From assembly GCF_009834535.1 (NCBI RefSeq), contig NC_045696.1, positions 70,868,001 to 70,932,000 of the forward strand: DNA of 64,000 nucleotides, written 5' to 3'. Position 1 is the stretch's first letter. Each line of letters begins with the position of its first letter. Position numbers and translations under genes: made by a program. The notes beneath the pieces are model-generated. The model saw only the letters and a list, made by a program, of their open reading frames with translations, was not told where the DNA came from and ran no database searches. Origin of the DNA: Camelus ferus. Its lineage: Eukaryota. This document shows positions 37,880 to 49,719 of this stretch, one piece after another.

Positions 37880-40800
37880 ATATCCCCCCAAAACAGAATA
37901 TACATTCTTTTCAAGTGCACGTGGAACATCTTCTAGAATTGATCATGTACTTGGGCACAAAAGAAGCCTCAACAATTTTAAGAAGATAGAAATTATCTCA
38001 AGCATCTTCACTGACCCAATGCCATGAAACTAGAAATCAACTACAGAGAAACAAAGGAGAAAAAAAAAGAAAAACATGGAGATTAAACAACATGCTATTT
38101 AAAAACCAATGGGTCAATGATGAAATCAAAGTTGAAATTAAAAATACCTTGAGACAAATGCAAATGAAAACACAACCACATAAAATTTATGGGACACAGC
38201 AAAGGCAGTGCTAGGAGGGAAGTTTATAGCGATATAGGCCTTCCTCAAAAAAAAATCTCAAATAAACAACCTAACCCACCAGCTAAAAGAATTAGAAAAA
38301 GAAGAGCAAAAAACCCCAAAAGGCAGCAGAAGGAAATAAATAATAAGGATCAGGGAGGAAATAAATAAAATAGAGATTTAAGAAACCATAGGAAAAATCA
38401 ATTAAACCAAAAGCTGGTTTTTTGAAAAAGTAAATAAAATCGACAAACCTCTGGCCAAACTCACAAAGAAGAAAAAAGAGAGAGCACAAATAAGCAAAAT
38501 AAGAAAGGAAAATGGAGAAATTACAACAAATAACATGGAAATACAGAATATTGTAAGAGAATATTATAAAAAACTATATGGAACCAAAATGCATAACCTA
38601 GAGGAGATGGACAAGTTTCTGGAAACAAACAGTCTACCAAGACTGAACCAAGAAGAAACTGACCACTTGAACAAACCGATCACTAGAAATGAAATCGAAT
38701 TAGCAATAAAAAACCTCCCTACAAATAAAAGTCCAGGACCGGACAGCTTCACCGGGGAATTCTACCAAACATACAGAGAAGAACTCATACCAGTCCTTCT
38801 CAAACTCTTCCAGAAGATTGAAAAGGAGGGAATACTCCCAAACTCATTCTATGAAGCCACCATCACCCCAATACCAAAACCAGGCAAAGACACTACCAAA
38901 AAAGAGAATTATAGGCCAATATCACTGATGAACATAGTTGCAAAAATCCTCACCAAAATAGTAGCAAATAGAATCCAACAGCACATAAAAAAGATTATAC
39001 ATCATGACCAAGTGGGGTTCATCCCAGGGACACAAGGGTGGTTCAACATATGCAAATCAATCAATGTAATACATCACATAAACAAGAGAAAGGATGAAAA
39101 CCACATGATCATCTCAATAGTTGCAGAAAAAGCATTTGATAAAATTCAACACCCATTTATGATAAAAACTCTCACCAAAGTGGGTATAGAGGGAACATAT
39201 CTCAACATAATAAAAGCTATATATGACAAAACTACAGCCAGCATAGTACTCAATGGTGAAAAACTCAAAAGCTTCCCACTAAAATCTGGGACAAGACAAG
39301 GCTGCCCACTATCACTACTCCTATTCAACATAGTCTTGGAAGTCCTAGCCACAGCAATCAGGCAAGAGAGAGAAATAAAAGGCCCCAAATTGGAAAAGAA
39401 GAGGTAAAAGTGTCACTATTTGCAGATGACATGATACTATATATAGAAAACCCTAAAAGGTCCACACAAAAACTACTAGAACTAATCGAAGAATTCAGCA
39501 AGGTAGCAGGTTACAAGATTAACATTCAAAAATCAGTTGCATTTCTTTACACTAACGATGAATCAACAGAAAAAGAAAGTAAAGAAACAATCCCCTTTAA
39601 AATAGCACCCAAAGTAATAAAATACCTAGGAATAAATCTAACCAAGGAGGTGAAAGAATTATACACAGAAAACTATAAACCATTGATGAAGGAAATTAAA
39701 GAAGACTTTAGAAAATGGAAAGATATCCCATGCTCGTGGATTGGAAGAATCAATATTGTTAAAATGGTCACACTGCCCAAGGCAATCTACAGATTTAATG
39801 CAATCCCTATCAAATTACCCAGGACATATTTCACAGAACTAGAACAAATCATAATAAAATTTATATGGAACCACAAAAGACCTATAATTGCTAAAGCATT
39901 ACTGAAGAAAAAGAAAGAGGCTGGAGGAATCACTCTCCCAGACTTCAGACAATACTATAGAGCTACAGTCATCAAGACAGCATGGTATTGGTACAAAAAC
40001 AGACATATAGACCAATGGAACAGAATAGAGAGACCAGAACTGAACCCACAAACTTTTGGTCAACTAATCTTCGACAAAGGAGGCAAGAATGTACAATGGA
40101 ATAAAGACAGTCTCTTCAGCAAATGGTGTTGGGAAAACTGGACAGCAGCATGTAAATCAATGAAGCTAGAACACTCCCTTACGCCATACACAAAAATAAA
40201 CTCAAAATGGATCAAAGACTTATACATAAGATAAGATACAATAAACCTCCTAGAAGAAAATATAGGCAAAACATTATCTGACATACATCTCAAAAATGTT
40301 CTCCTAGGACAGTCTACCAAAGCAATAGAAATAAAAGCAAGAATAAACAAATGGGACCTAATTAAAATTACAAGTTTCTGCACAGCAAAGGAAACCATAA
40401 GTAAGACAAAAAGACAACCTATGGAATGGGAGAAAATATTTGCAAATGAAACTGACAAAGGCTTGATCTCCAGAATATATAAGCAGCTCATATGACTTAA
40501 CAAGAAAGAAACAAACAACCACATTCAAAAATGGGCAAAAGACCTAAACAAGCAATTCTCCAAGGAAGAAATACAAATGATCAATAGGCACATGAAAAAA
40601 TGCTCAATATCACTAATTATCAGAGAAATGCAAATCAAAACTACAATGAAATATCACCTCACACCAGTCAGAATGGCCATCATTCAAAAGTCCACAAATG
40701 ACAAATGCTGGAGAGGCTATGAAGAAAAGGGAACCCTCCTACACTGCTGGTGGGAATGCAGTTTGGTGCAGCCACTGTGGAAAACAGTATGGAGATTTCT

Positions 40801-41483
40801 GAAAAGACTAGGAATAGACTTACCATATGACCCAGGATTTCCACTCCTGGGCATATATCCAGAAGGAACCCTACTTCGGGAGGACACCTGCACCCCAATG
40901 TTCATAGCAGCACTATTTACAATAGCCAAGATGTGGAAATAGCCTAAATGCCCATCAACAGATGACTGGATAAAGAAGATGTGGCATATTTATACAGTGG
41001 AATACTATTCAGCCATAGAAACCAACAACATAACGCCATTTGCAGCAACATGGATATCCCTGGAGAATGTCATTCTAAGTGAAGTAAGCCAGAAAGAGAA
41101 AGAAAAATACCATATGAGATCACTCATATGTGGAACCTAAAAAAAAGAACATAAATACAAAACAGAAATAGACTCATAGACATAGAATACAAACTTGTGG
41201 TTGCCAAGGGGGCAGGGGGTGGGAAGGGACAGACTGGGATTTCAAAATGTAGAATAGATAAACAAGAATATACTGTATAGCACAGGGAAATATATATAAG
41301 ATCTTATGGTAGCTCACAGAGAAAAAAATGTGACAATGAATATATACATGTTCATGTACAACTGAAAAACTGCTTTACACTGGAATTTGACACAACATTG
41401 TAAAATGATTATAACTCAAAAAAATGTTAAAAAAATAAAATTAAACAGCTGATTAAAAAATAAAATAAAATAAATAAATAAAA
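37880..41483 (+). mobile_element. 5'-truncated LINE-1 (ORF2 from late endonuclease domain to poly-A), inactivated
   Basis: ORFs 38535-39407, 39410-40234 and 40577-40942 give L1 RT ([25 protein letters not shown]) and the Cys-rich C-terminus; frameshift near 39380, premature stops (e.g. 40232-40234, 40940-40942); 3'UTR and A-rich tail. Confidence 0.97.
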
Positions 41484-41754
41484 TGCACCCTTATCCTACA
41501 GTAAACATACTAATAGCCAGAACTGCTATGTGCCAGGCACCATTCTAAGTATTTCACAACAACCTTCTGAAGTAGGCACTATTCCTATTCATTCCCATTT
41601 TGCAGTTGAGGAACAGGCAAAGAGAGGTTCAGTGACTTGCACCAAATCACACAGCTGGTAAGTCGGGGAGCCAAAATTCAAAGCTAGTCACTCTGATGCC
41701 AACATAATATGGCCTGTATAACTTTTGTAGAGTTTATATCTAAGAATAATTTAA

Positions 41755-42065
41755 AGAAAACAAACTTACGGTTACCAGGGGGTAAAAAAGGATAAATTGG
41801 GAGTTCAAGATTTGCAGATAATAACTACTATATATGAACTATATAAACAACAAGATTCTACTGTATAGCACAGGGAATTATATTCAATATCTTGTAGTAA
41901 CCTATCATGAAAAAGAATATGAAAAGGAATATATGTGTGTATATGTATGACTGAAACATTATGCTGTATGTCAGAAATCGACACAACATTGTAAACTGAC
42001 TACACTTCAATAAAAAAGAATGCAAATTAAAAATAAATGTTAAAAATAAATAAATAAAATTTCAA
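41755..42065 (+). mobile_element. L1 3'UTR fragment
   Basis: aacaaacttacggttaccaggggg...tacacttcaataaaaa; TSD aagaataatttaa at 41742-41754 and 42066-42078. Confidence 0.88.
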
Positions 42066-44619
42066 AAGAATAATTTAAGGTTAAATTATTAATGAGTTAG
42101 TTGAGTTGCAGATGACATAACCTTTGTCAATTTCAGCTGTGGAGTTTTTGTTTTGTATGTTGAGCCAATCTTCTAATTGGAGGTCTCCAGCATCATTGCA
42201 AGGCCCTTGAAAGACCCCCAGACTCTACACCAATCCTGCTCTGTCAAAAGCCTACAACAGCATCTTCCAAGCAATCAGGGAGACCCACGCTGGGACTCAC
42301 CTCCTCTCTCCTTCTGGTTTTTAGTGTGCAGCTACCAGAGCACGATGATCCATGCAACGTTACCTCTAATTTTAGCACCCACCCTGCAGGGTAAGTGTTA
42401 TTATCTCAGTTATAGAAGAGGACACTGGTGTCAGAATGGTGAAGTGACTCACCCAATGTTCATATCATAGCCTAAGAAATGACAGAGCTGAGAATTCAGT
42501 CCTGGTCCTTAGGCTCCAAAGCCTCTGCCCACCCCTCAACCCTGCTCACCACAGACTCAGTTTGGGCCCCTTGGGGCTTTCTTGTCTCTACCTAACACTC
42601 CTTTCCTGGTACTGGAACTTCAGCAGGTCTCCAAATGTCCTGCCACTCAGCTCCCATCAGCAAGAGATCGAAACTACTAGTTCTTTCCCTACTGCCTCTG
42701 TCACCCAACTCCTGAGCTGATTAAGCCCTCAGACCCTCGTCAGAACACCGCCAACTGTAGAGGTGGTTCTGGATGGAAACTCCAGGGGACAACTTTCCCA
42801 ATGCCAGACCTCACCTGCTCTTCTTTTCCTGGACACTAAAATCACCCATCACTTCTCCTGACCGTGCTTCTTAGAGACCCCTTCCCCCACAATCCCAGAG
42901 GCCATGACTGCACCAAATTTCCCCTCATCCTGGTTGCCTGAGCCCCCGAGGATCCAAAGTATGGGGAGAAGACGTTACTAACTGGTTCCCGTCTCTTGGG
43001 ACTGAGATGGACTCCACGGCCCTTCACCTACAGGCCTCAGAGAATGAGGCTGAAACAGCCAAATTTCATTCTGGCTGAGAGAAGCATGAGAGTGGGGACA
43101 CGGGCAGAGGGAAGCAAACGAGAGAGCCCTTGCAGAGCCAGAGAGAGGGAGCGTGCGTGCACAAAACAAGAGAGGGAAACCTGATTCCTGCCTTTTGGGT
43201 CCCCCCAAGGTCTCCTACCCTTCCAGTCCTTAGGTTTCATGAAATCTGCCAGTATCTTTCCAGTACATTCTTTTCTTGCAACCAAAGTTCTGGCATCACC
43301 TGCTCAGCTCTACTGCAGCCCCATGTCCTGAACCCCTGGGAAGGAGCAAAAAGGACCAGCTCATTAATTAGACCACCCCTCCCACCCCCATCCCAATCTG
43401 GCAGGCCGTGGCACTAGAGTGGGTTATCTGAGGGCCTGACACCTATTCATCTCTGAGTTGCAACCACTTACCCCCAGGGCCTTATATGGGGTGCTGGGTG
43501 CCCCTCCAGTCTGCCCCAGGCTAGCCCCACTGTGAATCCCAGCCCACTTTTTTCTAGTTAAGCCCTGTCCATTGAGTGGCTGGATCTGCTCCCTGAGGTC
43601 CTCCTTTCCATGCTGACTTTGCCAGTTGCAGACTCTGAAGACTCAGCAGCAACATGAATGGTTCCGGGGCCTGCCCTGTGCCACCCACTGGATGGTGCCT
43701 TTCAGTTCAGAGGCTTATCTATTTACCTGGGCTTGCTGGGCCCGCACGACAGAGCACCACACAGTCAATAAAGTGACGATGATCTGGAAATACATTCACA
43801 TTTGTGCATCATGGAGAGCAGGTACGTAGCTATGCTTGTAGCCAGACATGTCTGCGTAGGAAACAGTCTAGTGCACATCATGGCTGATTTTCCTTTATGT
43901 TCCTTTTCCAAATTGCTGTGGCCTTACTACTCCCCACAAGGTGGATGAATCTCACAGAGACAGTGATACAGAAAGCAGAAACCAAAGGGCAGCTACTACA
44001 CACCTCCATGCATATGAAATTAAAAACCAGGGAAACCAGAAAAATCCATTCAGGGGTGAGCGATGGGAGGGGCTCTTAGGCTTCCCTCAAATCCACCCTT
44101 TGCTCTGTTGGGATTTCAAGTTTTCTGCCCTGAGGTAAAATTCCCTCCAGAAAAAACAACAACAACAACAACAACAAAAAAAAAACGAGAAAGGAAACAA
44201 CAACGACAAATCAGGGAGACCAGTCTATGCTGATAGGAGTCAGAATAGTGGGATTTCTGTGTTGACCTGAAGGGGAATGAGACAGCCCTCTGGGGTGCTG
44301 GGAATATTCTTTCTTTATCTGAAGAGGGATCTCATGGGTTTACACATATGCAAAAATTTGTCAAGTAGTACCCTTAAAGATTAGTGCACTTAATTGTATG
44401 TAAAGTATACCTCAATTTAAAAGTACAAAAACCCGTATTATGGGTTCCTCCCTTCCCTGAGAGAATTCCCTGGCTGGGTGTCTTACTGATCTGCCTCCTG
44501 AAATTCCTGCCACCCCTTTCCTCCTTCCTGAGCCTGGAGATTCTCCTCTTTGGAAGCTCGGTTTGGAACTGAGAGCTGCCAAATGAAATTAAAATACTCT
44601 GAATCGGGGACTCCAGGTT

Positions 44620-45206
44620 CTATGTCACATGTGCCAGTTGTCGACTTATTGCCCCTCAGCTTGAGTCTACTCTATGATAATGGAGCTGGACCTTGAGATA
44701 TTTCATCTTTGCCAGCTGGCCAAATGCTAAGCTTTCTCAGTAGTGGGCACTGGAAAGAAGCTGGAGGAGGAAGGGGCCAGCCTTCCAGTTTCCAGCGTGC
44801 TCCCCAACAGCCTCCTGCAGCATGAGACTTGTGCAGCAGCTGGTCCAGCTGCCCGCAGCTTCTGTGGCACCCAGCAGCCAGCAGCACCGGCCCCTCTCCA
44901 TGGGCAGCTCCCCCCAACCCCAGTGAGTCCTGCTGGCACAGCTCCTCAGCAGACTTCACCGCCTCATGAGCCCGGGCTGCCACGCAGAGGGAGATCCTCT
45001 TGCAGATTTGTTCCTTCTTTGGGTGTCTGTCTCAGCTGTAGGGGTAGAGGCTGCCCCCTATATTTGCTGCTCCTGTATTCACTTGAGTTTTCTCCACCAA
45101 TTAGCCAACCTTTCTTTATCCCAATCCCCGGTTATAGTTATGTTAAACTTCCCCTGTTGAAGGCATTGTGTGGTTTCTGTCTCCTGATTGGACCCTGAGT
45201 GATACA
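44620..45206 (+). mobile_element. MER74-like ERVL solo LTR
   Basis: acttattgcccctcagct...ggagctggacc...tttgccagctggc...; end tgtggtttctgtctcctgattggaccctgagtgataca. Confidence 0.75.
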
Positions 45207-45309
45207 ATGATACCCTTGTGGGGTTTGCAAACAGAAATAGCAATTGTCTGAGTAATGATGCACTGAGGTAGAAGGCTCTGCTAAGAAATTGCTGTGTGAT
45301 CCTGGGTAT

Positions 45310-45648
45310 CTTCGCCATTTGGGCTGCTATAACAAAATACTATAGACAGCAAACATTTATTTCTCACAGTTCTAGAGGCTATAAGTCCAAGACCAGTACC
45401 AGCACGGTTGGGTTCTTGGTGAAGATCCTCCTCCTGTTCAGCAGATGGCCACTTGCTGTATCCTCACCTGGCAGAGAAAGAGATCAGTTCTCTTGCATCT
45501 CTTCCTATGAGGACATCAAGTCCATTCATGAGGGCTCCACCCTATGACTAATCACCTCCCAAAGGCCCTACCTCAAAATATCAACACATTGTGGATTAGG
45601 CTTTCAACATGTGAGATTTAGAAGGAGACACAACCATTCTATCTGACA
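45310..45648. mobile_element. MLT1 (MaLR) LTR
   Basis: gggctgctataacaaaatactataga...catttatttctcacagttctagaggct...gagggctccaccctatgactaatcacctcccaaaggccc. Confidence 0.85.
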
Positions 45649-46439
45649 TTGGCAAAGTCACTTTTCCTCGGTTTCTCCTGGGGTTAAATGAGGGGTGTGT
45701 TCTCTTAGGCACTTCCACCTTCAGAGAGATGTTGTGAGCATAAAATGGAAGCACTGTGAGGGCCTCAGTGGGAAGGTGTGGCTAGAATGCCTGGAGCTAT
45801 TTTTTGTCACTAGAATCGTGGTGACAGCTTTACCTTAAACTGCTCCAGTATCCCCACATACTGAAGTGACTCAGAAAACTCTCATGTACGTAAGCCTCTG
45901 CATTAGTCACCACCCCTCCCACTACAGAGAGGGAGAAAATGAGTGAAGGACGCAAGAAGGCCTGGAGGATTTTGGAGGTGAGTGGGGTGGTAGGACCTCT
46001 GCGAGATTCAAGGCAAGGGAAGATGTTAAGACCCACACCCTGTCTCCAACCTCAGATTCAGCTGATAGTAGGCAGATGTTCACTTAGCATCAGATAGTTC
46101 TGTGACAAAGCTCCCCAGCACACACCTGACATCACTAGGGCTGAAATATGATGCTCTTGTGCAGAATTTCCCCACTGTGAAACTCCAGGTGGTACCATGC
46201 ACGTCATAGTTTTGCAAATGCCCCCCACCCTGGTGTTGTGTAGTGTATGGCCCGTGCAGCCCTGCCCAGTTGAGTGAGGCTGAGGCCCTCGCCACACGTT
46301 CCTGGTGGGCCATTTTCTCTGAGATCCTGAAGGGAAGGCCCTTCAAGCAAATTTATGACACAGAGAACTTGCCCCAGGCCTTCAGCAGCCATGGAACAAT
46401 CATACTGATTTCCACCTGACTGTCCTTTGCTGCCCAAAG

Positions 46440-47490
46440 AGCATCCATCTTCCCTGGATTCCTTTCCTGCCTGTAGTTCTTTCCACCAGCACCTCCAACA
46501 TTAGGCTTACAAAATTCCTTGTCTATTAGCTCAATGTGTCACACATCATTACTTCAGGATGAGGAACCTATCTGATGGCAAAGGAAGTGTGAAATGGACA
46601 TATGATCACAGGATCTATTGATCTTACTGTGTTCTCAGCACCTGGAAACAAACAGCCTACGAGAATGTTGGAATGGCCTGTGAAAGTCTCATTTAAGGCA
46701 CGAGCTTCAAGACAACATCCTACGGGGTTGAGGCGCATCCTCTAAGATGAAGTATAGGTACTAGCCAATGGGTGATACACAGTGTTGTTTCCTTAGGAGC
46801 TGTTCAACGTGCATCCAGGAACCAAGTGGTAGAAGTAGAGTTGACCCCTCTCCCCATCACTCCCAGTGGTCTACTTTCAGACTTTGTGATTCTGGTCAGT
46901 ACCTACAGCCTTGTGCTCTGTAGTATTAAAAGACCTGGCTCCTGCAGTCGGGGAAGAGGGGGAAACATCAGACAGGCAATACCAGAGGGATCTGAAGCTA
47001 TACCTACTACCTGGACCCTTGGGAATCCTATGCCAGGGGACCAGTAAGGAAAGATTATGAGCAGGGGATGATAAATGACTCTGATTGCCATGAAGAGCTA
47101 CGCTTGCTATATGATGGGAGCAGGACAGATGACTGAAACTCAGAGTTTCCGTGCCCACTGATAATGGTGAGCAGGCAATTACTGCAACCACTGCCCAATG
47201 GAGGCAGGGTAGCTAAGGCTCAGATCCTTTGGAATGAAGGACTAGGTGTCCCCACCAGGCAATCAACCCACACCAATCAAAGTGCTGGCTGACAGAGAGG
47301 GAAATCTGTGATGGTGTTGGAGAGAAGGTGGTAAATAACGTAACAGTTTCAGCTTTGGGACCAGCTGCACCAGTGGAGACCACAGCTAGTTCTACTAACA
47401 CTCTTGTATTATGTTCTTGTGGAAGTTGTAGCTGATCACCTTCTTGATGAGGACTCTGGTGAATTGGAGGTGGTGAAAGGTAAGAACAGA
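46440..47490 (+). mobile_element. ERVL-type internal remnant leading into LTR33
   Basis: gaatgttggaatggcctgtgaaag, caggaaccaagtggtagaagtagagttgacccctctccccatcactcccagtg. Confidence 0.55.
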
Positions 47491-47897
47491 TCTGAGTACT
47501 ACAGGAGCCCCTTGTGCACCACTTCAAATCCTCTTGGCTATAACTTTTACTTCAGCCACTGCTTTGGTGTCCAGTTTTGCACAGATTTCAACCAGCTCTT
47601 AGCCTGGCAACCTGATGGTCCCTTGCCTTGGGCCCAGTGCTATGTACATCTAGTTCTGTCCTCAATGCTATTGGCACTTATACATGTGCAACCCCAAATA
47701 CAGGGGGATTTAAGGCTTATGGAGCTATTCTTAGACTCTAAAGATTTGATCAGTAGGGAATGGAAGCCAAAGGATAAATCCTTCCTCTTTCATTCCTCAA
47801 GCAGACAACTCTGAGATGCATGAGGCTTATCAGAACATCCTCTAGTTTGAGCACCAGTCATACATAGCAGTGGCCAACTCACAAACACATCCTTCCT

Positions 47898-48659
47898 AAA
47901 CAACAAATGCTGGAGACTGTGTGGAGCAAAGGGAACCCTCCTACACTATTGTTCGGAATGTAAATTGGTGCAGCCACTATGAGGACAGTATGGAGGTTCC
48001 TTAAAGAGCTGAAAATAGAGTTGCCATATGATCCAGCCAATCTACTCCTGGGCATATATCTGGAAAAGATGAAAACTCTTGAAAAGATACATGCACCCCA
48101 ATGTTCATAGAAGCAGTATTTACAATAACCAAGATGTGGAAGCAACCTAAATGTGCATCAACAGATGACTGGATAAAGAAGGTGTGGTATATATTTTAGT
48201 GGAATACTACTCAGCCATTAAAAATGAAATAATGTCATTTGCAGCAACATGGATGGACCTAGAGATTATCATACTAAGTGAAGTAAGTCAGAAAGAGAAA
48301 GACAAATATCATATGATATCACTTATATGGGGAATCTAAAACATGATACAAAAGAACTTATTTATAAGACAGAAACAGACTTCTACACATAGAAAACATA
48401 CATGGTTACTAAAGAGGAAAGGGGGAGAGATAAATTAGGAGTTTTGGATTAGCAGATACTAACTACTGTATATAAAATTGATAAACAACAAGGCCCTACT
48501 ATATAGCACAGGGAACTATATTCAATATTCTATAATAAACCATAATGGAAAAGAATATGAAAAAGAATATATATATATATAACTGAATCACTTTGCTGTA
48601 CAACAAAAACTAACACTACATTGTATATGAACTATACTTCAGTAAAATTGTTTTTAAAA
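47898..48659 (+). mobile_element. L1 3' fragment (ORF2 C-terminus plus 3'UTR)
   Basis: aacaaatgctggagactgtgtggagcaaagggaaccctcc...; TSD aaaca(c/t)atccttc at 47883-47895 and 48660-48672. Confidence 0.9.
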
Positions 48660-48672
48660 AAACATATCCTTC

Positions 48673-49149
48673 TGTCAACTAAAAACTGGCACTTGCCACC
48701 TGCCTCTACAAGGATTAAATTACATTGTCACTTGCCACCTACCTCCGCTTGGATTAAATCACGAGCTGCTATAGCCGCTGACCTCCAACACACCCTGAAA
48801 GGAGTTCAGGGTGGAGATCAGGAATGAGGAACTCTGTGCTCTGGGAAAACTGGCAGAACAGGCTTCAGATAGATTTTTTCAGGAGAAGATTCTTACATCT
48901 CCTCATATCTAGAAAAGCACTAAAATCATTAATGGTGATATCTGCTCCTGTGACTAGCAGCAAGCTTCTGTCCTGACTGCACGTATCCTCTCTACTAAAA
49001 TCATATATAATACTGAGTTCCCCCCTGCCTCTTCCGAGCAGTTCCTCAGAGCTATCTGAGATGCTGTCTCCCAGGCTATAGTCCTCATTTTGCTCCAAAT
49101 GAAACTTAACCCACAACACTCATGTTGTGTAATATCATTTCAGTCAACA
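48673..49149 (+). mobile_element. Solo LTR, ERV1 (gammaretrovirus-like) class
   Basis: TG...CA termini (tgtcaactaaaa / ttttcagtcaaca), 4-bp TSD cttc at 48669-48672 and 49150-49153, TATA-like tatataa near 49004. Confidence 0.85.
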
Positions 49150-49719
49150 CTTCCTTCCTTGTTCACTTCCTTGTTCTTCATTCTTGCTCCCTGAGATCAC
49201 ATTCCCAAATAAACGGTCCACATGAAAGCCTTTATCTCCATTTCATTTTGGGGGAAACCAAGATAAGATGCAGGCCACCTAATAACTGCAAAGGAGTCTG
49301 GGAAAATGATGTCACTGGGCAGCTATGTGTTCAGTCTCTGTTACTGTGGAAGAAGGAGGGAGTGGGTTTTGGTGGCCAGAGAGCAGTCTCCACCTCCACA
49401 GGGAAATGTGGAAATCTTTGGCAGATGCTACATCCAAAGAGGTAAAAATAGTAAAAGTGTGATGCTTAAAGGAATGAGGAGTAAAATTGCCCTTGTCCTA
49501 AGAGGAGAGGACATTTCCTTGGCCATGACCAATACAGTGGAGAGAAAAGGGGAGATTTCCAAGGGACAGATAGCTGGAATGTGACTGTACTTAGTGGACA
49601 GGAAGGAAAGGATGAGCCATTAAAAAAGAAAAACATAAGAAGCTTGGAAAGAGGTTGGGGGCAGATGAGAAAAATCAGGGGGTAAGATTGTTATTCACAC
49701 ACCTATCATGGCTATAAGT

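Larger units (their letters stand above)
47490..49269 (+). mobile_element. LTR33-like ERVL LTR split by an L1 and an ERV1 LTR
   Basis: 5' part tgtgcaccacttcaaatcc...; 3' part gatcacattcccaaataaac...ttgggggaaaccaagataaga after 49150. Confidence 0.6.

Noticed and set aside
37880..41483. Active or domesticated L1 ORF2
   Set aside because: 5'-truncated without promoter or ORF1, frameshifted, several stops, catalytic Asp substituted; no convincing TSD could be read either
43830..43855. p53/p63-like palindrome cagacatgtctg
   Set aside because: Only one good half-site; the neighbouring half is poor, so chance occurrence is likely
44743..45198. 151-aa ORF
   Set aside because: Lies wholly within a MER74-like LTR and starts at a non-ATG codon
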